This document shows, in pieces, positions 43,132-52,063 of a stretch of DNA of 59,485 bases. Origin of the DNA: a virus. Both the position numbers and the translations under genes were made by a program. The stretch is from IMG/VR virus record IMGVR_UViG_3300000838_000001; one strand, 5' to 3'. The notes under the pieces were generated by a model that ran no database searches, had not been told where the DNA came from, and saw only the letters and a program-made list of their open reading frames with translations. The first letter of the stretch is position 1, and each line of letters opens with the position of its first letter.

Positions 43132-43419
43132 TTAAACATCTTTATCACTAGTTAAATTATAAATTTCTTTAACTCTTTCTAAAGTATCATCAGCAGAATT
43201 TTCTAATACTTCTTTTTCATGATTAAGCAAATAATCTTCTATTTCTAATTCTTTTTCTACTAATTTTGTCGAATAAGTTTCTTGGTTAAATATTCTATGG
43301 GACTCTGTTTTAACCTTTTTACCAACTTTGCACCAAATCCCTATTCTCCCTAAAACTAACCAAATAATTATTAAAATTATAGCTACAAGTATTGACAATA
43401 CAAGTTTTTGCAAAATCAA
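43132..43419 (-). CDS. Small membrane protein
   Basis: N-terminal TM helix LVLSILVAIILIIIWLVLG, then a charged tail. Confidence 0.55.
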   Translation of the reverse strand: MILQKLVLSILVAIILIIIWLVLGRIGIWCKVGKKVKTESHRIFNQETYSTKLVEKELEIEDYLLNHEKEVLENSADDTLERVKEIYNLTSDKDV

Positions 43420-43727
43420 TCAACTCCTTTATTATATTTTCTATTAACCTTTTTATGAAGTGCTGTTTCTAAATCCCAACCTCTTCTAATACGTTCTCTA
43501 AAAGTATGTTGTTTAATATTATTTTCCTTTAGTATTTTAGCAATTTCACTTGTTATAATAGTCCCCTTAACTGGTTTATTTAAAGCTCTATATTTATTAA
43601 AACCCTGATAACAACGACCTTTTATAACCTCTTTAGAAATGCCTTTTTCATTAGCTAATTCTACCTCTTTAGCTGTAATATCTTCAAAATAATTCGTAGT
43701 AAAAACTATTTTATTCTCTTTATTCAT
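43416..43727 (-). CDS. Putative DNA-binding protein
   Basis: 103 aa, basic, with two HTH-like segments. Confidence 0.5.
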   Translation of the reverse strand: MNKENKIVFTTNYFEDITAKEVELANEKGISKEVIKGRCYQGFNKYRALNKPVKGTIITSEIAKILKENNIKQHTFRERIRRGWDLETALHKKVNRKYNKGVD

Positions 43728-43730
43728 AAT

Positions 43731-43991
43731 TTAATTACCCTCTATTTTACTAAAAATTAAATCACCATTTTTCTTAAATTCTTCCCATAGTTCTTTATTC
43801 AAAAATATCCCATAATATTCATTAAACTCATCTAAACAGCAAATATATAAAGAAAGAGCAGTAGTAAAACTTTTATTAATCATAATACGATTGTTATTAA
43901 AATCTCTCATTGATATTAACCAATTAGAATCCAAACTGTTCAATCTCCTTTTGAATATCTGATAAAGTGGGTTCATATATAATTCCAGCAT
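43731..43991 (-). CDS. Hypothetical protein (start uncertain)
   Basis: Overlaps the helicase 3' end by 68 nt if it starts at 43991. Confidence 0.45.
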   Translation of the reverse strand: MLELYMNPLYQIFKRRLNSLDSNWLISMRDFNNNRIMINKSFTTALSLYICCLDEFNEYYGIFLNKELWEEFKKNGDLIFSKIEGN

Positions 43992-45267
43992 AAGGTAAAT
44001 AAATACCCTCTATAAAATCTCCCTCTCCACCATTTCTTCCTTTATTTAACTCAATTCTGAATTTTGATAAATTTGTATCAATTCCTATTAAGTTAGTGCA
44101 ATCTTCAAGTATTGATTTGGTCTTTTTTACTTCACTTCTCTTAGGAACTCTTATTTCACGATTTCCATCTGAATCTTTATCATCTATAATTTCATCAGCT
44201 TGCGTTATAATATGAAAAACTGTTTTAGTATTTCCACAAATTCTTCTTAGTCTTTTAGAAGTTGATGCGACATCTCCACCAGCTACTTTACTTGTATTTG
44301 CTTCATAATCCATTAAATAAATTGGGTCAATAAAAACTACATCAGCATTTACTTGTTTTATATCAGATAATAGTTCATCACAAGAACGTAAATTAAAATC
44401 TTCATCGTCATTTGCTCTAATAATAATTTTACCTTTAATTTGTTGATTTAACCTTTGTAAGAATCCTTTTAATTCTTCTTCTTCAATGTCATTTAAATCA
44501 CCTTTAAGTAATTTATTAGTTTCAAATCCTTTTAATTGTTCTGAAATAGTTTCAGTAATTGAACGTTCTCTAAATTTTAAATAAGCAATCATACGACAAA
44601 GTATTTCATATAGACTCATTTCAAGTGACCAAATTAAAACAGTTGCACCTTGTAAAGCACTATGACAACCCTCTACACAAACACTTAACATACTTTTACC
44701 TCTACCACTTCTACCATAATGAGCATACATATTAGATGAAAAATAATCTGGCATACTAGAAAAAGCACTACTCCAAACTTTTAATGATTCACCATTTTTA
44801 CGTCTGAAATATTCATCATAAAATTTTCCATATTCATCTGTTAAACTTGTACCAACTTTTGTTCTATAATCTACTTTATCAACTATTTTATTAGATTCTT
44901 TATTAAACCACTCTACCCATTCTTTTCCATCAATTTCATTAAAATAATCTGAACCATTATTGTTTAGTAAATTTTGTATTTTAGTCTTTATATTATAACT
45001 TTTAAGTTGTTTTGTTAGATATTCATAGGAATCAGTTATATTGTAACGCATTGTAAAATCATCTATAGCAACCATTACTGTATCAGCTGAGGGCATATTA
45101 TTTTTATTAGTTATTGCGTATTCTGTAATAAAATCGTAAACATCCTTTTCAGTTTTTGTTACAAATAATTCTTTTGTTATAGAATTTTTTATTAATTGGT
45201 CATACTCATTATTTTCTATAACTTTACTTAAAATACTTTCTCCAAAATAAATTACATTAGAAATAAT
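43924..45267 (-). CDS. DnaB-family replicative helicase
   Basis: Walker A GRSGRGKS, Walker B VVFIDPIYLM. 57 stop-free codons upstream of ATG 45096 reach SD GTAGGTGAG followed by ATT ATT. Confidence 0.8.
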   Translation of the reverse strand: MISNVIYFGESILSKVIENNEYDQLIKNSITKELFVTKTEKDVYDFITEYAITNKNNMPSADTVMVAIDDFTMRYNITDSYEYLTKQLKSYNIKTKIQNLLNNNGSDYFNEIDGKEWVEWFNKESNKIVDKVDYRTKVGTSLTDEYGKFYDEYFRRKNGESLKVWSSAFSSMPDYFSSNMYAHYGRSGRGKSMLSVCVEGCHSALQGATVLIWSLEMSLYEILCRMIAYLKFRERSITETISEQLKGFETNKLLKGDLNDIEEEELKGFLQRLNQQIKGKIIIRANDDEDFNLRSCDELLSDIKQVNADVVFIDPIYLMDYEANTSKVAGGDVASTSKRLRRICGNTKTVFHIITQADEIIDDKDSDGNREIRVPKRSEVKKTKSILEDCTNLIGIDTNLSKFRIELNKGRNGGEGDFIEGIYLPYAGIIYEPTLSDIQKEIEQFGF

Positions 45268-45287
45268 CTCACCTACTTTACAATATA

Positions 45288-46013
45288 TTATAGTTCTTTT
45301 CTATAGCTTTTGTTAACCTCTGAAAATGATATAATAGCTGTCTTATCACGAACCCTATCATAAATTCTTTTATCATATATTTTAATTAAATTATCTATTG
45401 TAAAGTTTGATGTATATATACTAGTTAATTTATTTACACTTCTGTGGTTTATAACCTTATGCAAATCCCCTCTAAAGGCCTCTGTGCATTCTCTTACACC
45501 TAAATCATCAAAGCATACTAGAATAGCCTTAGAAGCTAATTCTAGTCGTTTATAGTACTCTTTACTAGCTTCTAGTGCTACACCTTTATCGATATTACTT
45601 CTATTAAACTTATTATATATTTCCTGTAATTCAGTTACATCTAAAAAATAACTTGGCAAATCAATAATCTTTTCACCATTTTTATATTTTGTAAGGAAAA
45701 AGAAAACATTAAATTCATTTAATATAGCACTAGCTGTAAATGTCTTTCCAACACCAGTTATTTCACTATATAAATATAAATTTTTCATTCCCTCATCTGT
45801 AAATACTTTATGGAATGATTTTACATATGATTTAAATAAATCACTTTGATAATTAACATCTGAAATCAGTTTATCAGAATAAATAAAAGGTATTTTTGAG
45901 ATATTAGTATAACCACTTTCACCATTTATTCCATGAAACATTAAGCATAGAGTTTTAGGGTTATGTGGATTTAAATTTGTTGTTAGGTATTTTTTACAAA
46001 TTAAGCAACTCAT
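45288..46013 (-). CDS. DnaC/DnaI-like AAA+ helicase loader
   Basis: GVGKTF Walker A, VCFDDLG Walker B, YTSN sensor. N-terminal CLICKK. Confidence 0.75.
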   Translation of the reverse strand: MSCLICKKYLTTNLNPHNPKTLCLMFHGINGESGYTNISKIPFIYSDKLISDVNYQSDLFKSYVKSFHKVFTDEGMKNLYLYSEITGVGKTFTASAILNEFNVFFFLTKYKNGEKIIDLPSYFLDVTELQEIYNKFNRSNIDKGVALEASKEYYKRLELASKAILVCFDDLGVRECTEAFRGDLHKVINHRSVNKLTSIYTSNFTIDNLIKIYDKRIYDRVRDKTAIISFSEVNKSYRKEL

Positions 46014-46258
46014 TTTTTATCACTACTTTTAATTAAATCAGTTTTCACATTATCGTTTTTATAATTTTCATCAACTTTTTTTTGTATTATATATGCGTTA
46101 TAGTCAATACTAGAGGTTACTTTTCTTCTACTACATTTAGGACAATATATAATAATCTTAGTTTCATAATACTCTTGGTACTCAATCAATTTATAAATTT
46201 CATGATTACATTTTAAAGAAGCGATATTAAATTTAATTTTATTAATAAAGTTTTTCAT
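46010..46258 (-). CDS. Small zinc-ribbon protein (paralog of 46274-46507)
   Basis: CNHE..YCPKCSRRK. Confidence 0.55.
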   Translation of the reverse strand: MKNFINKIKFNIASLKCNHEIYKLIEYQEYYETKIIIYCPKCSRRKVTSSIDYNAYIIQKKVDENYKNDNVKTDLIKSSDKK

Positions 46259-46273
46259 TGTTTACTCCTTTAT

Positions 46274-46507
46274 TTAATTATTTTCTTTATCCTCTAAATA
46301 TTTTATAAAAAGCTTATCAACTCTTCTCATTTCTTTAGCAAGTTTATACTCTTTATGATTTAATTTTTTATGTTTTTTACATATTGGACAATAAACATGG
46401 TAGTCATATTCTATAAAAAAATTCATTTCCTTAAATAAGTAAATCCAAATATGTTCACATTCTTCTTTATAAAGTAGATTAAGCCACCAATTATGCAATC
46501 TTTTCAT
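46274..46507 (-). CDS. Small zinc-ribbon protein
   Basis: CEHI..YCPICKKHK. Confidence 0.55.
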   Translation of the reverse strand: MKRLHNWWLNLLYKEECEHIWIYLFKEMNFFIEYDYHVYCPICKKHKKLNHKEYKLAKEMRRVDKLFIKYLEDKENN

Positions 46508-47069
46508 TAGTTACATAACTCTTAACAGCTCTTAAAAAATCATTTAATAGATGACATAATTCAGTAAATTGAGCGGTAGTGATATATTTATTATTTGTTT
46601 TAAATTTTTCCATGGCTTCCTCTATTCCTGTACCAAGCATATAATCAACATGGTTATATTTTACAAAATCTTTATGTAATTCAAATATTACAAATTTATC
46701 CCCATTAACTTCACTTAAATTAGACTTTCTAAATCCTTTTTTATTATCCCATAAATCATTTTTATAAAGATTTAACGATTGTTTTACAAAGTTTTTTAAA
46801 TGAGATATATCATCATAACTAATTTTTAAAGTATAAACTACCTCAGCAAGAAATACTTTATTTTCATTGATATTTGTACCTAGAAAAATTCCCTCTTCAT
46901 CGTAAACATCAGAATAAAACATCCCTTTAACACCCATCACATTGTGAAAATTTATAACGAATTCTCTTGCTTCAATATAATATTTAAAAGTCATAGGAAC
47001 GGATAAGTTTTCAAAAACTAATACCATAGTTTCTTTACCGTCATATCTTTCATTTTTAATTTTATACAT
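46491..47069 (-). CDS. Hypothetical protein
   Basis: ATG 47069 follows AATGGGGGAAACAAA. Confidence 0.6.
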   Translation of the reverse strand: MYKIKNERYDGKETMVLVFENLSVPMTFKYYIEAREFVINFHNVMGVKGMFYSDVYDEEGIFLGTNINENKVFLAEVVYTLKISYDDISHLKNFVKQSLNLYKNDLWDNKKGFRKSNLSEVNGDKFVIFELHKDFVKYNHVDYMLGTGIEEAMEKFKTNNKYITTAQFTELCHLLNDFLRAVKSYVTNEKIA

Positions 47070-47109
47070 TTTGTTTCCCCCATTCATGCTACGTATTAGC
47101 ATAATTACT

Positions 47110-47379
47110 TTACTTACCTTTTTCTCTTACAATATCTTGTAAAAATCTTAATTTCAATTCTAAACTTAAAAGTAATTGATTAAATTCATCAGCATGTTCT
47201 AAATTATTTGCTTTATATTCAGCTAATACAAATTCTCTTTTTAAACTATTTAATTTATCAAAAAGTATTTTAATTTCTGAATGAAGTTGTTGCATAAACT
47301 CTGCTTGTTCCTTTTCATTAAGTGTTCTATAATTTCTTTTGCCTTTTAATAAAATATTGTTATTATATTTTTTACCCAT
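47110..47379 (-). CDS. Hypothetical coiled-coil protein
   Basis: 89 aa. SD AGGTGGTAA upstream. Confidence 0.6.
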   Translation of the reverse strand: MGKKYNNNILLKGKRNYRTLNEKEQAEFMQQLHSEIKILFDKLNSLKREFVLAEYKANNLEHADEFNQLLLSLELKLRFLQDIVREKGK

Positions 47380-47393
47380 ATTTTTATTACCAC

Positions 47394-47792
47394 CTAAAAT
47401 AGTTCTTTTAAACGACTAGTTTCATCATTATTATTAAATTCTTTAACTTTTTCTCCATTAAGTAACTCAATTTCTTTTTTATATTCATCATCTTTTCTGA
47501 TTTTATATAATAGGTTACCTATCATAAAATAATTTATATAATACCAATTTACAGAATTATAAATACCATATGGTTTATATTCTTTAACAGCATATTCAGC
47601 TAACTTTTTTACAGTTTCTTTTCCATAATCATTTACTAAAGTTTTTATAATCATGTTTTCAGATTGAATTAAACCAGATTGTGGTACCCCAAATTTTTCA
47701 ATATTTAGCCTTTTTAAATAAGCTCTAAATGTTGTTGCATTCCATTTTTCAATAGGTAACTTAACATTACTATAATCAGTTTTTACTCTCAT
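47394..47792 (-). CDS. Hypothetical protein (first gene of the leftward replication operon)
   Basis: SD TTAGGAGTAA upstream. 132 aa. Confidence 0.6.
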   Translation of the reverse strand: MRVKTDYSNVKLPIEKWNATTFRAYLKRLNIEKFGVPQSGLIQSENMIIKTLVNDYGKETVKKLAEYAVKEYKPYGIYNSVNWYYINYFMIGNLLYKIRKDDEYKKEIELLNGEKVKEFNNNDETSRLKELF

Positions 47793-47947
47793 AAATATTA
47801 CTCCTAACTTTATATAATAATTTATAATAAATATTTTAAAAAGTTTTTATTAATAAATTTATAATAACCAAATACTCACTAACGTTCGTATTTAGAATTC
47901 GTAAACTCATTCTAATAAGAACCCCTTACCCCTTTTACCTCAAATGA

Positions 47948-47973
47948 TACACAATTAAAATGTCAAAAGTGTA
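47948..47973. promoter_or_regulatory. TACAC-N16-GTGTA palindromic site
   Basis: Lies in the divergent intergenic region 47793-48121. Confidence 0.5.
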
Positions 47974-48060
47974 ACTACTTTTTAGTAATTAATTCAATAT
48001 TTACACAATTAACATTAAATTTATTTATATTTTACTTTTAATTTATTCATTTTTTATCTT

Positions 48061-48086
48061 TACACTTTTAATAAATTTTTTGTGTA
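48061..48086. promoter_or_regulatory. TACAC-N16-GTGTA palindromic site
   Basis: Preceded by TT (reads TTTACAC). Lies 36 nt upstream of ATG 48122. Confidence 0.5.
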
Positions 48087-48121
48087 ATTGCTGGAATAAA
48101 ACTTATAAGGGGGAAATTATT

Positions 48122-48850
48122 ATGCAAAAAGGAATTTTATCTAATTCGCAAAACTCACCATTAAAATTTTTAAAAGAGGGTGAATCGATTATTGTTGGTG
48201 TTCATTCTATAGATGAATTTGTAACAGCAGACGTTATCAGTGCTTATAACCCTATTCGCAATGAATCTATTTTCTTACCAGTTAATATTAAATCTGCTTA
48301 TGATAATGGTAGTTTATATGAAAAAGCATCTGAATTGTTATGGAATGATTATAACGAAGCTGTTGCTAAATATGGTGCTAAATCTGTTGAAACTAAAGAA
48401 ATTTTAAGTAAAATCAATATGATTAAGCCACAGAAATATATTTATTTTGGATTTAAAGATATTAATACTAACGAAGATGTTGTACTGAGTATGGGAATCG
48501 CTTTAAAGAAGAATGACCATGCAAAAGCTGGAAATAACCTTTTAACAACATTAAAAAAATCAGCTAAGTTTATTGATAAATACCCATTAGAACTTACAAA
48601 AGGTGCTATGGGAAATTGGAATGTAATCCCTTATATGGATGATTTGACTCCAGAACAACAAAAAGCTTTTGATAGTATTTCAGAAATCGATATTGAAACT
48701 TATGAAGCATGTATGTTCTTATCAACTCCAGAAACTGAATTAGAAAATATGATTAAATTTTCCGAAGCTACTGGATTCGATTTATCAAGAATAGGGTTAT
48801 CTAAACAAGAAACTTTAAAAACTGATAATTCAAATAAATATGGGTTTTAA
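48122..48850 (+). CDS. Hypothetical protein (possible ssDNA-binding/recombination protein; speculative)
   Basis: ATG 48122 follows AAGGGGGAAATTATT. The track start at 48080 lacks an SD. C-terminus ends in an aromatic ..KYGF. Confidence 0.6.
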   Translation: MQKGILSNSQNSPLKFLKEGESIIVGVHSIDEFVTADVISAYNPIRNESIFLPVNIKSAYDNGSLYEKASELLWNDYNEAVAKYGAKSVETKEILSKINMIKPQKYIYFGFKDINTNEDVVLSMGIALKKNDHAKAGNNLLTTLKKSAKFIDKYPLELTKGAMGNWNVIPYMDDLTPEQQKAFDSISEIDIETYEACMFLSTPETELENMIKFSEATGFDLSRIGLSKQETLKTDNSNKYGF

Positions 48851-48852
48851 TA

Positions 48853-49041
48853 ATGTCTAGTAAAAATAAATTTACTGAGGCTACTTTTATTAAAGGAGTA
48901 ATAGATCTACTTATGTTATTTACTCTATCTCTTTCAATAATTACTTTAGCAATTCATTTAGTTAATTTTATATTAGGAATTTCATTCGGTAATATAATAG
49001 TATTTTTATCTATAGGTTATTTAATGTTAAATGGTGGGTGA
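48853..49041 (+). CDS. Small membrane protein
   Basis: Two hydrophobic segments. Confidence 0.55.
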   Translation: MSSKNKFTEATFIKGVIDLLMLFTLSLSIITLAIHLVNFILGISFGNIIVFLSIGYLMLNGG

Positions 49042-49045
49042 TTTT

Positions 49046-49240
49046 ATGGAATATAAAGTTTTAGATTTGCCTTATAGAAAAGTTAGTGATTCTATAGTTC
49101 ATTATGTTGATGAAGAACAACTACTGGAATATACAAATAAAGGTTATGAAATTCATTCATTTATTGGTGGTTCACTAGTTTTACAGCGTGATAATTTTAT
49201 ATCAGTAAATTTAATAAAACAGGTGCCTGAAAATGAATAA
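49046..49240 (+). CDS. Hypothetical protein
   Basis: ATG 49046 follows GGTGGGTGATTTT. Confidence 0.55.
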   Translation: MEYKVLDLPYRKVSDSIVHYVDEEQLLEYTNKGYEIHSFIGGSLVLQRDNFISVNLIKQVPENE

Positions 49241-50204
49241 TAAAAATAAGATTAAAATTTTAGATAATGAAATAGAAATAGATATTTTAAATGAAATTTT
49301 ACCTTATTTTGAAAATGATTCTTACACTAAAATAACCGAAGAAAAGTTAATTGCTAAATCACCTTTTAGAGAAGATAATCGTCCATCATTTTTTATAAAC
49401 TTATCTGGTGAATATGTTGGAGTTTGGAAAGATTCTGGTGCTGAGATAACTGATAATCATAGTACTGGAAACTTTCCAAAACTCTTGGCATATTTACGTA
49501 ATGAAAGTTATCATGAGACATGTGATTATCTTATCTATAATTACTCTATAAATCCTTATGACAGGTTAGAATTACCTAATATTAACATTAAGGCTAATAT
49601 TAATAAAACTCTTGAATATAAGGTTAATGTAGGTGACTATAGCTATTTAAATAAAAGAGGTATCTCTAAAGAAGTAGCAAAATTTTGTTATGTTACAGAT
49701 ACTTGTCACAAGATTTCAATCCATTGGATTAATCGACTAAATGAAGTTATCGCTATAAAATATAGGGATAAAGATATAAAAAGATTTTCTTATGAAAAAG
49801 GCGGTAGAAATCTTAGTGAAAATCTTTATAATATCAATCTTATAGAAAAATATAGAAATAGTAATTTAAATATAGATTCTATTTGGATAACTGAGGGTGA
49901 GATTGATGCTTTAACAGTTATTGAAAATAATATAAACAATATTGGTATAGCTATTGGTGGTGCTTATTTTAGTGATAAACAAGCTGAATTAATTTCTTAT
50001 ACTGGAATTGATAAGATAGTTATTGCAACTGATAATGACCTACAGGGAAAATCAGTTAAGAAATTAATTACTAAAAAACTTTATAAATATCATTCTTTAT
50101 ATGAAATAGATTTAGGAGATTGTAAAGATGTAAACGAATACTTTTTAAAATACAAAGATTTGCCAAATCCAATTCTTATAACTATTCCACTACTTAAATT
50201 CTAA
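49233..50204 (+). CDS. TOPRIM-domain DNA primase
   Basis: WITEGEIDALT and VIATDNDLQGK are TOPRIM motifs. N-terminal SPFREDNRPSF resembles a primase. Confidence 0.75.
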   Translation: MNNKNKIKILDNEIEIDILNEILPYFENDSYTKITEEKLIAKSPFREDNRPSFFINLSGEYVGVWKDSGAEITDNHSTGNFPKLLAYLRNESYHETCDYLIYNYSINPYDRLELPNINIKANINKTLEYKVNVGDYSYLNKRGISKEVAKFCYVTDTCHKISIHWINRLNEVIAIKYRDKDIKRFSYEKGGRNLSENLYNINLIEKYRNSNLNIDSIWITEGEIDALTVIENNINNIGIAIGGAYFSDKQAELISYTGIDKIVIATDNDLQGKSVKKLITKKLYKYHSLYEIDLGDCKDVNEYFLKYKDLPNPILITIPLLKF

Positions 50205-50339
50205 CATTTAAAAACAATTTATTAAACCTTTTAGTAATAAGAGGTTTTAGGTTATTTTAATTTTTTTTACATATATTTGTCAATTTTTATTAATTTTAAC
50301 CTTATTAGAGTAAAATATTGAGTATAATTTAATAAAGAG

Positions 50340-50972
50340 GTGGTTAATATTAATACTTTAGAACATGCAAATAAAACGGTTATTAGAACTAAAGCTGAAC
50401 GTCATGAGTATTTAGACAAAGAAAAACTCCATCAAATATTTGAAACAAATGAAGGAGAAACTATTGAATTATGGGTTTCTTATCAAGACTTATATCTTAT
50501 GGCGTACAATTTTTCTAAAGGTTACTTACCTTATTTTTATAAAAACTATATGCCTAAATTTAATAAAACTGATATTGAAGATTTCTTAATTGATGAATCT
50601 ATTAAACTTGTGCCAATGTTTTTAAATAGCCCCAATAGAGATAACTTTAATAAATTTTTAGGTTATTGGTTAAAAATTAAATTTAAAAATATATTTTTAA
50701 GAAGAAAAATAGATACAATAACTACTAATATAAAAGATGGAGATTATATTATAGATTCAAATTATATTAGTGCTAATTCTATAATAAATACAATTAATTT
50801 TAATGAACTTTTAGAGATATTAACATTACGTGAAAGAGCCATTTTAAATGCTCTGTCGCAAGGAAATAACGTTTCTGATATAGCAAATAATGTAGGTATA
50901 AGTAGACCAACTGTTTATAAAGATTTTAGAAGTATTAACCAAAAAATCACTAATTTAGTTTCAGTAAAATAA
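50340..50972 (+). CDS. Sigma-70 family sigma factor (probable late-gene regulator)
   Basis: Region 4 HTH LTLRERAILNALSQGNNVSDIANNVGISRPTVYKDF. The true start may be ATT 50349, because the listed GTG lies inside the SD AAAGAGGTGG. Confidence 0.75.
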   Translation: MVNINTLEHANKTVIRTKAERHEYLDKEKLHQIFETNEGETIELWVSYQDLYLMAYNFSKGYLPYFYKNYMPKFNKTDIEDFLIDESIKLVPMFLNSPNRDNFNKFLGYWLKIKFKNIFLRRKIDTITTNIKDGDYIIDSNYISANSIINTINFNELLEILTLRERAILNALSQGNNVSDIANNVGISRPTVYKDFRSINQKITNLVSVK

Positions 50973-50976
50973 AAAA

Positions 50977-51017
50977 AAGATTCTATACTCCTAGTTAAAG
51001 GTTTATAGAATCTTTTT
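50977..51017 (+). terminator. Intrinsic (bidirectional-type) terminator
   Basis: AAGATTCTATA...TATAGAATCTT stem flanked by A8 and T5 runs. Confidence 0.7.
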
Positions 51018-51156
51018 AATAAGGATTAGTAATTGTAAGGTTACTAAATTATACTAAAATAAAGAGTGTATTTAAGGCTACTACTCCTTAACTACCCTAT
51101 AAATATACCATGTTTTAAATTATTTTGCAATAATTTGTTTACAATTATATATAATA

Positions 51157-51245
51157 CACACCTATATAATATGTGACTCAATCCAAAAATGGCTTCAGTT
51201 AATTATTTCATTATTTCAATCCACACACCTATATAAGATGTGACT
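51157..51245. repeat. Two 22-nt direct repeats CACACCTATATAA(T/G)ATGTGACT
   Basis: Copies at 51157-51178 and 51224-51245, one mismatch. They lie between convergent gene ends. Confidence 0.85.
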
Positions 51246-51268
51246 ATACCTAAAGTTTTTACCATTAA

Positions 51269-52063
51269 TTATCTATGAAAACGTCCTGATTCAACTGAAT
51301 AATAAATTGGTTTAAAACTACCTGAATTAATACCAAAACTATAAATTTTATTACATAATATCGATAAGCATTCATCATAATTGCCTAAACTTTTAATATT
51401 ATGAGGGTATTTTTCAATTTTATTTTTCATATGTTCATGATCATAGTCTGGATGCATGTAAAGTTTTAAATAACCTACTATAAAAGAAGTTTGTTTATAT
51501 TTATTTATAAAATTAAATAACTCTAGTGAATCAAGTACTTTTATTAAATTTTCAAAATATTCTTCTTTAAATTTTCCCTCTATAAATTCATTAGTTAAAA
51601 TTATAGTATTAACCTTTTCTAAAGTTGCAATAATTTTTATAAATATATGCAGAGTAATATCCCTTTCTTTACAAATTAAGTCTATTTTTTTATAAATTTC
51701 AACATCATTTTTAATATACATATCTAAATAATCGCTATTACTCCAATTAGATGAGGCTGTATTAGCACGTTTTACTTCATCTAATTTGTAACCTGAAACA
51801 ATGTAAAAATAAACTGGTAATCCTAATTCTTTACAAGCAGTAAACCTATGTTGCCCATCAATTATTTCAAAGTTTTCATTAACTAAAATAGGTATAACTA
51901 ACTGTTCCTCTTTCATTGATTCAATAATTTTACGATAACTAGGTTTAAATAACTCTCTATTACCAACTAATAGTTTAAATATAGCATAATCATTTGTTTT
52001 ATAAATCTGTCCTATAGCTTGCCCATTAATCATTTTTAAAATAGTTCCTTTATTTTCATTCAT
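51269..52063 (-). CDS. ParB/Srx-fold (DGQHR motif) protein
   Basis: Contains IIDGQHRFTAC. 264 aa. Confidence 0.65.
   Translation of the reverse strand: MNENKGTILKMINGQAIGQIYKTNDYAIFKLLVGNRELFKPSYRKIIESMKEEQLVIPILVNENFEIIDGQHRFTACKELGLPVYFYIVSGYKLDEVKRANTASSNWSNSDYLDMYIKNDVEIYKKIDLICKERDITLHIFIKIIATLEKVNTIILTNEFIEGKFKEEYFENLIKVLDSLELFNFINKYKQTSFIVGYLKLYMHPDYDHEHMKNKIEKYPHNIKSLGNYDECLSILCNKIYSFGINSGSFKPIYYSVESGRFHR

Noticed and set aside
42963-43148. 61-aa ORF overlapping the SPFH gene start by about 90 nt
   Set aside because: It has no SD before either candidate start. The large out-of-frame overlap is with a gene that has its own strong SD. It could be real, but the sequence alone does not support it.
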